Origin: Octopus vulgaris
Lineage: Eukaryota
Reading direction: 5' to 3'
Length of the DNA stretch: 64,000 bases
Assembly (NCBI GenBank): GCA_951406725.2
Contig: OX597835.1
Coordinates: 38,626,001-38,690,000, forward strand
How positions within the stretch are numbered: the stretch's first letter is position 1; the number at the start of each line of letters is the position of its first letter. The notes under the pieces are model-generated. The model was not told the DNA's origin. It worked only from the letters and a program-made list of their open reading frames with translations, and did no database searches. Positions 27,996-41,695 of the stretch are shown here, piece after piece. Both the position numbers and the translations under genes were made by a program.

Positions 27996-28175
27996 GCGGC
28001 TGAGCGGTAAGATGTCTGCTTAGCAACCGTATGGACTCGCGTTCAGACCCACTGCGTCCCACCTTGGGCACGTGTCTCCCGCCATAGACTCGGAGCGACC
28101 AACGCCTTGTGAGTGGATTTGGTAGAAGAAAATAGAAAGAAACGTGCCGTACACACACGCAGACACACAGACACA
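27996..28175 (+). mobile_element. Degenerate SINE family A 5' half
   Basis: cccactgcgtcccaccttgggcacgtgtc..gccttgtgagtggatttggtaga. Confidence 0.7.
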
Positions 28176-28179
28176 CACA

Positions 28180-28187
28180 TGATGATA

Positions 28188-28221
<34 letters not shown>

Positions 28222-28452
28222 CGACGATGATGATGATGATGATGATAATGATGATGATGATGATGAGAGTGGTGATGATGATGACGATGATGATGATGAT
28301 GACGATGATGACGATGATGATGATGATGATAATGATGATGATGATGATGAGAGTGGTGATGATGATGACGATGATGATGATGATGATGATAATGATGATG
28401 ATGATGAGAGTGGTGATGATGATGACGATGATGATGATGATGACGAGGATGA

Positions 28453-28483
<31 letters not shown>

Positions 28484-28552
28484 GGTGCTGGTGGTGCTGG
28501 CGATGCTACTGCTGATGATGATGGTGATGGCAATGATGGCGATGATGATGGC

Positions 28553-28592
<40 letters not shown>

Positions 28593-28637
28593 GCGATGAA
28601 GATGATGATGACGATGCTGATGATGATGGCGATGATA

Positions 28638-28673
<36 letters not shown>

Positions 28674-28728
28674 GCAATGATGGTGATGATGATGATGATG
28701 ATGATGATGATGGTGATGGTGATGATGG

Positions 28729-28765
<37 letters not shown>
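28180..28765. repeat. (GAT)n array
   Basis: Directly visible. Confidence 0.95.
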
Positions 28766-29592
28766 AACTGTGAGGATAAGGTTTCATGAGGAACACGGCG
28801 GTATTGGTAAAGGTGGTGGAGAGTGGATGGGTGGGGTGAAGCTCTTGCTAAGTTTGCTGATGCTGCTGCTGCCGGAGACAACGACGACGTTGATGACGAT
28901 GATGATGATAAAGATGACGACGACGATGAGGAGAAGGAGGAGGAGGAAGAGGAAGAGAGGAGGAAGAGAGGAAGTGGAGGAGAATAAGGAAGAAGAATAG
29001 GAGGAGGAGGTGGAGGAGGAAGGGAGCATTCTGATCTCCTTTCCCAGAAGATCTCCTTTCCCAGGTGAGAACATGTGCGATGATAGAGGTATGATGTGGG
29101 AGAATATAAAATACGGGGTTACTTGTGAGAGACTGAGAGAGATGGAGGGGGGAGGAAAAGTGGGGAAGAAGTAGAGAGAGAGAGAGAGGACGAGAAGGTG
29201 TGGAGAGCTGAGCAGATATCTGTTAATAATGGACCGAATTCTAAAAGATGGGAATGAAGAGACGGGAATCTGAGAGGTTCTGTGTGTGTGTGTGAGGAGG
29301 AAGAGGAACTGAGGGACGGAGAGAGAGGGAGATATAAAAAGAGGGAGGGATAAAAAGAGATAGAGAGATAAAGAGAGAGAGAGAGAGAAGTGGGAGGAGA
29401 GAAATTAAAATAAAATTAGGGGACGTTGGAGGGTGAATGATTAAAATATTTCGGATGCAATATAGAAAATTAAGAAGGAAAGAGAGCGAGTAGGAGGCAG
29501 AGAGAGAGGGGGGTTGAGAAAGAGAGGGGGAAACTGAGAGAGAGAGAGAATGATAGGCAGAAGTCTGAGAGAGAAGTAGAAAGAGAGAGAGA

Positions 29593-29628
<36 letters not shown>

Positions 29629-30794
29629 AAATGAGAGAAAGTGATAGAGAGGAATAGAGATATATGAGAAATAAAGAGAACTGTGTGAGAAAGAGAGACT
29701 TGTGTAACTCTACGCATGTATGTGTGAATGTGTCTATGCTTATGCATGTGTGAGAGAGTACTGATGTCTCTATGTGCATCTTGATGTATGTGTGTGTATA
29801 TATATATATATTTGTGTATGTATATATATATATATTTATATATATATATATATGAGTGCGTTAGAGCCATATAACTTGTGTGTATGTATGGATGGGAATA
29901 TACGAGGATAAATGTTAGCGTGTTTGCTCGTATGTGTGTGTGTGTATTTAAAAGAAAGAAAGAAAGAAAGATAGATAGAAAGAAAGAAAGTAAGAAAGAA
30001 AAAGGAGAGTAAGTGAAGAAACAAAAGGAGAGAAGTAGTAGGGAGAGAAGATAGAGCTAAGAGTGAGGAGAAAAAGGAGAAAAAATAACTGTAAAGGGAG
30101 CACTTAAGGGAACTCTGTGTGTGTGTGAAGGGAAAGTGCGTCCGAGTATGTGTACATGTATGTGCGTGTGTGTGAGAGAAAGAAAAACATTTTGTTTATG
30201 CGTGTTTGTGTGTGTGTGTCTGTGTGTGCGTGTGTGTGTGTGGCTTTGTGCATATGTGCGTGTATGCGTGTCTATGTGTGTACCTATACATGCATGTGTG
30301 TGTGTGTATGTACGGGTGTTTGTGAAAGGAAAGAGAAAGATTGTGTGTGTGCGAGAGAGAGAGAGAGAGATCGTGTGTGTGTGTGTGTGTGTCGTAAAAG
30401 TCGTATGCATGTGTGTGTCTGCATTTGTGCATGTGTCTAAGGGTGAACCGCGAACGTTAGAATTATGTCACAATGCTCAGAATGCCAGCCGGCCCCTTAA
30501 AAACAATTAGGTCACACACACACAAGCACACACATACACACACAGAGAGGCACACACACACACACACACGAACACACGTTCACACGAACGAACACACATT
30601 CATTCATACACATACACACACTTACCACCACCACCACCAACGCCACCGTCGCCACCAACACCACCACCATTCCCATAGCACCGATGTATACCAGCAACCA
30701 CGTACGCGCTGGCACCCAATTTCACCCTCACACACAAAACATGGAATATACAATCTATCACACCGATATGGGCACTCACACACACACACACACA

Positions 30795-31035
30795 CACATA
30801 CATATACACACCCAGATACACAGATACACGCATACACACGCATACACAAGCAAACACACGTCCGATCACACACACACACACACACATACATATACACACC
30901 CAGATACACAGATACACGCATACACACGCATATACAAGCAAACACACGTCCGATCACACACACACACACATACATAGATACACGCATACACACGCATATA
31001 CAAGCAAACACACGTCCGATCACACACACACACAC
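30795..31035. repeat. Three-copy compound minisatellite
   Basis: agatacacgcatacacacgcata(c/t)acaagcaaacacacgtccgatcacacac repeated three times. Confidence 0.8.
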
Positions 31036-31971
31036 ACACATACATACATACATACATACATACATACACACACACACACTCATCATTTAAACACTCACAC
31101 ATGCGCGTGCACACTCGCGCTGCGTTCATCCCGTACACTAATACACCACACAAACATACAAACAAAAAAAATTCCACGTATCCCGAAATTATAGAAATTT
31201 CAAAAATTGACGTCACCATCACAGCTACCCCCACCACACCGCCACCACCACTACCACCACCATCACCACCACTACCACCATCACCTTCATTACCGTCGCC
31301 ATCATCGCCATCATCATCATCATTCCACAATGCTGACACAGCCTCCATTACGACCGCCACGACCATCGCCATCACCACAACCTCACCAAAACCACCACCA
31401 CCAACAACAACGACATCACCATCACTAGTAATATTGCCATCGCCACCATCATCATCATCATCACTACAATCAATCGTCACCACCACCACCACCACCATCA
31501 TCATCACCATCCCCATCACCAGAATTATTCTAACCCTTCCATCACAATACCACCCGCACCGCAATCACTGTACTCAGAACATTTTTACGAACTCCAACAC
31601 CACCACCACCACCGCCACTACCACAATACCTCCGCCACCTTCAGCTCCACCACTGACTCTCAGCTTCCACTACCTCGCTACTGCCCCCTCCTCCCTCACC
31701 TATGCTGTAACAGAGAGAGAGAGAGAGAGTGAGAGAGAGGAGAAAGTAAGTCAAATATGTGAACGATGTTTCATCAACAACCCATTGTGACAGCGCGGCA
31801 CATGAAATAATAAGAGGGGAAAAACTGGGTCAGTAATGATTGGTAAATTGCATTCTGGGAGTTTTAGGCAGGTTCTTCATGGAACGGGGTGATAGGTGAT
31901 TGAGGTATAATGTTATTACATGATGGGGAGTTCGACGTTGGTTGATTATGGAATGCGGTGGCCGGTACACT

Positions 31972-32057
<86 letters not shown>

Positions 32058-32158
32058 GACTGGGAGATTGATAAGAGAGTTTGGCGTTGTTTGATGGACG
32101 TATTGGCATGGTTCTTTATGAAATAAGGTATTTAGAAAATGTTAAGTTACCTTGTTAA

Positions 32159-32600
32159 GGCGTCGGAGTGGCTGTGTGGTAAGTAGCTTGCTTACCAACC
32201 CCATGGTTCCGGGTTCAATCCCACTGCGTGACACCTTGGGCAAGTGTCTTCTACTATAGCCTCGGGCCGACCAAAGCCTTGTGAGTGGATTTGGTAGGCG
32301 GAAACTGAAAGAAGCCCGTCGTATTTATGTATATATATATATGTGTGTGTGTATGTGTGTGTGTGTGTGTGTGTGTTTCTGTGTTTGTCCCCCCCTTACA
32401 TCGCTTGACAACCGATGCTGGTGTGTTTAGGTAACCCCGTAACTTAGCGGTTCGGCAAAAGAGACCGAGAGAATAGGTACTAGGCTTACAAAGAATAAGT
32501 CCTGGGGTCGATTTGATTCGACTAAAGGCTCCAGCATGCTCCAGCATGGCCGCAGTCAAATGACTGAAACAAGTGAAAGAGTAAAGAGAGAGTAAAGAGA
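32159..32600 (+). mobile_element. SINE family A full length
   Basis: Complete head, microsatellite and tail; agttacct occurs on both flanks (possible TSD). Confidence 0.9.
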
Positions 32601-32879
32601 GTTACCTGAAGTTTTATATAAAGTTTTAATACTTTATTTTTTTAAAACTCGAATTGCTGCTCTTTAGAACTCATTAGCATCGTCTGGTTTCCAAATTCAA
32701 AGTCGAGTCGTCGCTAACGTGGTGGATCCTCCACTTCTTTTCTACTCGGTTGGAATCTTTGACTCATCATCGAAATATAACTTCATTGTGTCTTTTCTAC
32801 AAGTATTTTAATGATCGTCTGATGAACTTTCTGCTCTAGTACCCTCTGTCTGAGTTTTGCCAGACAGAGGATACAATTA

Positions 32880-33445
32880 TCATTACTATCATTGTATTTA
32901 TCATTATTATCATTGTTTAACATTTTGAAGTTTCAGGCAAATTTCAACTACGCCACCTGCTACATACACCTCCATGTTGTGAGCAGCATTGTGTGTTATT
33001 TTTTGTTGCTGCGAGTATACAATCACTTCCCGGTATTGTATTGTGTCAGTTTATTTTTTTCGCTATGGGGTATGGTGCAATCTTTTGTTGTATTAATGTT
33101 TGTATTGTATGTGTTGTATGTGTATTGTGTTAGATATTTGTTATATAGTGTCTGGTGTTTCTTGATTGTGTCTTGCGTAGGATGCGGGCTGTTCTTAGCC
33201 GGGCTATTTTTATGGATAGTGTCTAGTATTCAGGATCCAAGTATAGCGTCCACATTTTTGTTCACATGCATTTTTCTCATCCCCAATGCCCCAATTATTA
33301 CTGGTATTGTTTTTCACCTTCATGTGCCACATCTTGAATACTTCAGTTTCAATTTCTTTGTAGTTTGAAAACTTTTCCACTTCTTTTTTTTTTTTTTCTT
33401 TTTTGACAATATTTTGGTCAGAAGGGACTGCGATGTCTTCCAATC
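32880..33445 (-). mobile_element. 3' fragment of an R4/Dong-like (RLE-type) non-LTR retrotransposon
   Basis: Minus strand encodes DIAVPSDQNIVKKE..EKFSNYKEIETEVFKMW and, after a frameshift, IPVIIGALG, which are restriction-like endonuclease motifs. A 3' UTR follows and ends in TAA/TGA repeats. Confidence 0.75.
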
Positions 33446-33460
33446 TTTAATAATAATAAC

Positions 33461-34005
33461 ATGCCCTGATGCAGTACCAGGCAGTGGCTCTCGTGGCTTC
33501 TGATCTTAACTGGTTGAAAGTGTAATTATGTACATTGTTTTGTCTTGATATAAAACATGGGCTACAGCAAATATTCTGCTCAATACCACAGATTTGCTTG
33601 TAAGTTGTTTGACCTTAACCAGTTGAGCATGTCCCTTAGTGGCTGACGATATGTGCATCTCTGATCACGAGCAGAAGTAGTGGGGGAGCATCATAGCCAT
33701 GTGTTGAGAGGGATTCTTTGCGGTTTGAATAATTCACCTCTGGAAACATGGGTGTTTCGTTCAACATCCTTAAACAACCCTTATTCAGGAATCTTTTGCG
33801 CGGGATGGGTTACTCGACCAGAAGAAAATTCTAACTGGGCCCCACCTGCAAGGTCATGTGCTGTTTATCTTGATATGAGATCACCATGTCGCGCACACAT
33901 GGTTGTGATGCATGTACCTGGTGCACCCTTATCAGATGGGGCTTTGTATATTTTTTCCCAGTGCCACTTTGGTGGCATGCACTGCTCTCTAACTCAATAA
34001 TAATA
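33461..34005 (+). mobile_element. Repeat family C (non-coding retroposon ending in (TAA)n)
   Basis: Shared with 50490-50900 and 51262-51632. It ends ctctctaactc-aataataat and lies between TAA repeats. Confidence 0.75.
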
Positions 34006-34088
34006 ATAATAATTATTATTATTGTTGTTGTTGTTGTTGTTGTTGTTGCTGCTGTTGTTGTTGTTATTGTTGTTATTGTTGTTATTAT

Positions 34089-34314
34089 AAGGTGGAAGCA
34101 TTGTTAGCACGCCGGGCAAAATGCTTTGCGGTATTTCGGTTTTCAAATTCTGCCGAGGTTGACTCTGCCTTTCACTTTTTCGGTGTCTATAAATTAAATA
34201 CCAGTTGAACAGAAGGAGTCAATGTAATCTACTCATCCGCTCTCCCAAAATGGCTACCCTTGTGGCAAAATTTGAAACCATTATTATTAAATATGGAACT
34301 TAAATATAGAACTC

Positions 34315-34354
<40 letters not shown>

Positions 34355-34565
34355 AATAATTGTTAAGCACGCCGGGCAAAGTGCTTTGCGGCATTTCGCC
34401 CGTCGTTACATTCTGAGTTCAAATTCCACGTGATCGACTTTGCCTTTCATCCTTTCGTTGTCGATTAAATAAGTACCAGTTGAAAGCCCTGGGGGGGGGG
34501 GGGGTGTAATCGATTTACCCACTCCCCCAGAAATTGCCTGCGTTGTACCAAAATTTAAAACTATT
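34089..34565 (+). mobile_element. Two degenerate SINE family B copies
   Basis: gttagcacgccgggcaaaatgc heads and gcctttcatcctttcg-like cores separated by (TTA)n. Confidence 0.75.
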
Positions 34566-35383
34566 ATTATTGAGCTTAAAATTTTAGCACAAGGTCAGCA
34601 ATCGTGTCTGTGTGTGTGGAGGGGGTGCAGATCGATTACAGCAACCCCACTGCTCTGTTAGGCTATCCATGGATATTCCTAGGATATTCTTTTATTGTAT
34701 GATGACAGTTGTGGTGTGGTTGTTTTTATGGAAATGCGTGGCTAAAAGTTTGCTTTTGCTGGGATGGGAGAATGATGAAACAGTTCGTCATTGCATAGGT
34801 GTATTGGAGAGGATGTTCATTAAATGGGGTAAACGTTTGATTTGGCTGGGAGATTGACGGATCGTGTATTACTGCAAGACGAAAGCTTGAAGCTTCTTGC
34901 TGGTGCTACAGGACGGGGTACTTTGGTTTTATTTTGGTTAGATATTGATGAATAGAGTAACATTTTATGATGCTCAACCAAGCCTAAATTGTTTTCTTTC
35001 ATCTCAGTTCATGAACAACCACGCCAATACAATCATACAATGACAAATTATCCGTCAATTTCCTAGCCAAAACAGCACCAACTACCACATTCCATAAACA
35101 ACCAGTCTCGAATTCCCATCATGTAATGACACTATACGTCAATTTCCTAGCCAAAATGATTGGAGTTTTTGTGTGGCTGTTTGTGGAATAAGGTAAAAGT
35201 TTGGTTTGGCTGGGAAAATTACAGATGATGCGTTATTGCATGGAAGGAGCTTTGTGTTGGTGTCGTCTATAGAATGGGGCAAGAGTTTGATTTGGCTGGG
35301 TAATTCGCAGATAGATTGGCGTTGCATGACGTGGGTGTGAGTGTTGATGCTTATGAAATAGGATGAATAAATGTTCGGTTTGG

Positions 35384-35959
35384 GTAAGGCGGCGAGCTGG
35401 CAGAAACGATAGCACGCCGGGCGAAATGCTTAGCGGTACTTCGTCTGTCTTTACGTTCTGAGTTCAAATTCCGCCGAGGTCGACTTTGCCTTTCATCCTT
35501 TCGGGGTCGATAAATTAAGTACCAGTTACGCACTTGGGTTAATATAATCGACTTAATCTGTCTGTCTGTGCTTGTTTGTCTCCTCTGTGTTTAGCCCCTT
35601 GTGGGCAATAAAGAAATAGGTATTTCGTCTGAGTTCAAATTCCGCCGAGCTCGACTTTGCCGTTCATCCTTTCGGGGTCAATAAATTAAGTACCAGTTAC
35701 GCACTGGGGTCGATGTAATCGACTTAATCCGTTTGTCTGTCCTTGTTTGTTTCCTCTGTGTTTAGCCCCTTGTGGGCAATAAAGTAATAGGTACTTTGTT
35801 TGTCTTTACGTTCTGAGTTCAAATTCCGCCGAGGTCGACTTTGCCTTTCATCCTTTCGGGGTCGATAAATTAAGTACCAGTTGTGTGCTGGAGTCGTTCT
35901 AATCGACTGACTCCTTCCCCAGAAATTTCGCGCCTTGTGCCTAGAGTAGGAAAGTATAT
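35384..35959 (+). mobile_element. SINE family B trimer with 13-bp TSD
   Basis: One head, three core units and a terminal tail, flanked by atgttcggtttgg at 35371-35383 and 35960-35972. Confidence 0.9.
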
Positions 35960-36939
35960 ATGTTCGGTTTGGCTGGGAAAATGACGGAATAGTGTACCAT
36001 TGCATCATGGGAGTTTTGGTACGGCTGTTTCTGAAATGAGGTAAAAGTTCTGAATTCGCCGAGGTGGGATTCATGATCTATTATTGCATCACGGGGAATT
36101 TGGTGTTATTACTTACTGAATAAGGTGAATAAATGTTTCGCTTGGATGGGAAAATGACGAAATGGTGTCATTGAATGATAGAAGCTTTGGTGTGGTCGTT
36201 TATGGAATGGGGTAAGTGGGTTGGTTCGGATATCATTGCATAACTGTTTTTATCATCATCGCTGTCCGCCGTCGTCGTCGTCGTTGTGGTGGTTGTTATC
36301 GTCGCCGTCGTCTTTGTTGTTATTACCAGTGGTGGTGGTCGTGGGGGTGGGGGTGATGGTAGCAACGTTGTTGCTGTGCTTTTCGTTCTGTTATTGTTGC
36401 TGTTGATAAGGAAGCTCCTGCTGCTGATGATAATGATGATGATGATGTCGATGACGACTACAGTGATGATGATGGTGGGGGGGTAACGTTGCTGCTTGCT
36501 GCTGCAGCTGATGATGATGATTATGATGACGACGAAGACGACGTTGATGATGATGATGGTGGTGGTGGTGATGGTGGTGGTGATGGTGGTGGTGATGATG
36601 GTGGTAACACTGCTGCTGCTGCTGATCACGATGCGCTTTTCATTGCTGTTCTTGTTCTTGTTGTTGTTATTGTTGTTTGTGGTGGTGCTTGTGATGCTGG
36701 TATGATGGTGGATGGTAATGACGTTGGTAATCGTAATGGTGGCTGTTGTCGTGTCTGTTGTGATGGTGGTGGTGGTGGTGGTGGTGGCATTGATGGTGTT
36801 TGTGGTGGTGGTGATGATAATGACAGACATGTTTTAATGGTATGGTGATAGTGTTGGTGTCGGCTGTGGAGTTGCGGGGTAATATGTGCTGGTAGCTGTG
36901 ATGGTAAGGGTCGTTAATTGTGTCATTGCTATGGGCGAT

Positions 36940-37260
36940 ATTGGTGGTGGTGGCGGCGGCGGTGGTAGTGGCGGTGGTGGTGGTGGTGGTGGTGGTGGTT
37001 TTGGCAGCGGTGGTGGTGGTGGTGGTGGTGGTGGTGGTGGTGGTGGTGGTGGCGGCGGCGGCGGCGGTGGTGGTGGTGACAGTGGCGGTAGTAGTAGTGG
37101 TAGTGGTGGTGGTGATGACATTGATGCCAATGATGGTGGTGGTGGTGGTGGTAGTGGTTTTGGTGGCGGTGGTGGCAGCGGTGGTGATGGTGGTGGTGGT
37201 AGTGGTGGTGGTGGTAGTGGTGGTGGTGGTTTTGGCAGCGGTGGTGGTGATGGTGGTGAT
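36940..37260. repeat. (GGT)n/(GGC)n array
   Basis: Directly visible. Confidence 0.95.
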
Positions 37261-37590
37261 GTGGTGTTGGTGGTGGGGGTGGGGTGAGCGTGGTAGCCGT
37301 GTTAGGGGCGAACGAGGATAGGAGAATCGGTTGGAGTAGGACGCGGAATTTAGGGCTTATTACTTTAAGGGTGTTGGTTGAGGTTAGGGGAAAATTTTTT
37401 TTCTAGGGACAGGGATAGGTTTTGCTAGGGATTATTTTTTTTTTCAGGAGAAATTGAGATTGCAATTAATGGGTGTGGAGTGGGAGCGGGGAGTGGGACG
37501 ATTGGGAGGAATGGGGATGGGGTTATCTTGAAAAAGTTCAAAGACACATTACCAGGAATAATAATAATAATAATGATAATTACCCCCAGC

Positions 37591-37683
<93 letters not shown>

Positions 37684-38552
37684 GAGGAGGAGGAGGAAGG
37701 GAGAATGAGTAGGAGGGGGAGGAGGATGAATGGTGTTGTTGGTGGTGGTGGTTATGATGATGATGACGACGAAGGTCAGGAAGAGGAAGATAATAATCAT
37801 AATAAAAATAGTATTGTTGATGATGACGATGACGATGATGATGATGACGATGATGACGATGATGACGATGACGATGATGATGATGATGATGACGACGATG
37901 AGAATGACGATGACAGCAATAACAAATAGGAAGCAATATGTCTCGAGTGGTCGCAACAACATCAAAAACAACAGCAATCACATTTAAGAGCATCAACAAC
38001 AACAACAACAATAAAACGAATAACAACGACGACATCAATAGCGACAACAACAACAACAACAACAACAGCCATCAGATCTCATTTGAAAACAACAACAACA
38101 ACAACATCAATTACATCATATGTCACGACATGTTTGCAACGACAACAACACCAACAACAACCACATCAATAATTTAAACTGCTTTAAACAGGAACAATGA
38201 TATCATATGTGACGAGAACAACAACAACAATTACAACAACGGCCACAACAAGAAGAGGAGCAGCAGCAGCAGCAGTAGCAGCAGCAACAACGGTCACAGT
38301 GAAATCAATAGTGACGACAATAATGACACAAACGATGACGTCAACAACAACAGCAATAACATCAGCAGAAACTTGTCTGCGTGGGAACTTCTGCATAGTT
38401 GCTTGACATGCAAGAAAGAGTAACCAAATCTACCCCATGACACAAACGGTCAATACGTATGGTGTCAACCACAACAAGAACATGAACAGCTCAAGCTTGT
38501 CTACAAGCGAACCTCTACATGGTTGTTCGATGTGCTAGAAATAACAACCAAA

Positions 38553-38971
38553 AGTTGTTAAGGCGGCGAGTTGGCAGAATCGTTTGCACGACGGGCGAAA
38601 TAGCGGCATTTCGTCTGTCTTTACGTTCTGAGTTCAAATTCCGCCGAGGTTGACTTTGCCTTTTATCCTTTCGGGGTCGATAAATTAAGTACCAGTTTCG
38701 CACTGGGGTCGATGTAATTGACTTAATCCGTTTGTCTGTTCTTGTTTGTCCTCTCTGTGTTTAGCCCCTTGTGGATAGTAAAGAAATAGGTGTTTCCTCT
38801 GCCGTTACGTTCTGAGTTCAAATTCTGCCGAGGTCGACTTTGCCTTTGATCCTTTCGGGGTTGCTTAAATAAGTACCAGTTACGCACTGGGTCGATGTAA
38901 TCGACCTAATCCGTTTGTCTGTCCTTGTTTGTCCCCTCTATGTGCAGCCCCTTGTGGGCAATAAAGAAATA
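38553..38971 (+). mobile_element. SINE family B dimer with 16-bp TSD
   Basis: Flanked by agaaataacaaccaaa at 38537-38552 and 38972-38987. Confidence 0.85.
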
Positions 38972-39232
38972 AGAAATAACAACCAAATCTACCCCATGAC
39001 GCAAATGGTGAGACATATGACGTTATCAACATCACCGGAAGCTTGTCTATTAGGGAACTTCTACAACGTCGTTCGATCTGCAAGAAATAGCAATCAAATC
39101 TGCTTCACAACGCAAACGGTTAATACATACGGACATCAACAACAACAGCATCAGCAACACAAACATGTCTACGAAGGAACTTCTAGATTAGGGGTTCTCA
39201 ACCGGGGTTCGTATGACTCTTGGGGTTCCGTA

Positions 39233-39479
39233 CTCTTTACTCTCTCTCTCTCTTTTATTTATTTCAGTCATTTGACTGCAGCTATGCTGGAGCACCGCCT
39301 TTAGTCGAGCAAATCGACCCCGGGACTTATTCTTTGGAAGCCTAGTACTTATTCTATCGGTCTGTTTTGCCGAACCGCTAAGTGACGGGGAAGTAAACAC
39401 ACTAGCATCGGTTGTCAAGCAATGCTAGAGGGACAAACACAGACACATAAACATATACACACACATACATACATATGTA

Positions 39480-39543
<64 letters not shown>

Positions 39544-39706
39544 CGACAGGCTTCTTTCAGTTTCCGTCTACCGAATCTACTCACAAGGCATTGGTCGGCC
39601 CGAGGCTATAGCAGAAGACACTTGCCCAAGATGCCACGCAGTGGGACTGAACCCGAAACCATGTGGTTGGTAGGCAAGCTACTTACCACACAGCCACTCC
39701 TGCGCC
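39233..39706 (-). mobile_element. SINE family A full length
   Basis: Reverse complement of the family consensus with internal (TA)n. Confidence 0.9.
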
Positions 39707-39796
39707 TCCGTATAAGATTTTACTTTATAATCTATGAGCAATAAGTTGGTTCAATATCTAGAATGCACAATAATGTTTTTTATACAATCCCTAATA

Positions 39797-40662
<866 letters not shown>

Positions 40663-40686
40663 AATATATATGCATCTCTATGCGTA

Positions 40687-41242
40687 CCCCCTTGTGGGTA
40701 GTAAAGAAATAGCTATTTCATCTGCTGTTACGTTCTGAGTTCAAATTCCGCCGAAGTCGACTTAGCCTTTCATCCTTTCGGGGTCGATTAAACAAGTTCC
40801 AGTAACGCACTGGGGTCGATGTAATCGACTTAATCCGTGTATCTGTCCTTGTTTGTCCTCTTTTTGTTTAGCCCCTTGTGGGTAGTAAAGAAATAGGTAT
40901 TTCGTCTGCCGTTACGTTCTGAGTTCAAATTCTGCCGAGGTCGACTTTGCCCTTCATCCTTTCGGGGTCAATAAATTAAGTACCAGTTACGCACTGGGGT
41001 CGATATAATCGACTTTTCCATTTGTCTGTCCTTGTTTGTCCCCTCTGTGTATAGCCCCTTGTGGGTAGTAAAGAAATAGGTATTTCGTCTGTTTCTCCGT
41101 TCTGAGTTCAAATTCCGCCGAGGTCGACTTTGCCTTTCATCCTTTCGGGGTCAATAAATAAAGTACCAGTTGCGTATTGGGGTCGATGTAATCGACTGGT
41201 CCTCTCACTCTAAATTTCGGGCCTTGTTCCTAGAGTAGAAAA
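40687..41242 (+). mobile_element. SINE family B trimer, headless
   Basis: Three tandem units of about 180 bp ending in aaatttcgggccttgttcctagagtagaaa. Confidence 0.85.
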
Positions 41243-41654
41243 CAACATTGTGAATGCTGAAGATAACGATAAAGATATCGATGACGAAGACGTCAAGGGT
41301 CACGCTGGCGGAAGTGAGGTCAACCCCAGCAACACTAACGATTGCGCCAGTGGTTCCGGTATCCACAAAGGTGGCGAGGACGAAGGCAGCAACGACAACA
41401 GCAGCTATAAAAGCTGGCGATGGTATGAATGGCAACCGACAACAGCAACAACAACAGCAACTACGCAAATGCAGACAACGGCATCGAGAAAAAAAACCCA
41501 ATGCTAACGATGGAACGTGGCAACAATATCGACAGCAATATCAATAGCAAGAACGATTCCTACTACAACTACTAGCATGACCACCACTACCACTACTACT
41601 ACTACTTACTACCTTTACCACCAAAGTTGCTACTACAAGCCCCACCACTACCAT

Positions 41655-41695
<41 letters not shown>

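Noticed and set aside
27211-28881. 556-aa Ser-rich ORF
   Set aside because: It reads through (TCA)n and (TTC)n arrays and a SINE remnant, so it is not a credible protein.
32818-32872. CTGATGA followed by a cctctgtctg/cagacagagg hairpin
   Set aside because: No GAAA or stem III follows the hairpin.
39189-39231. hAT-like terminus taggggttctcaaccgggg, with a similar opposite end near 7318-7340
   Set aside because: These are isolated short ends with no local partner TIR or TSD, too little to call an element.
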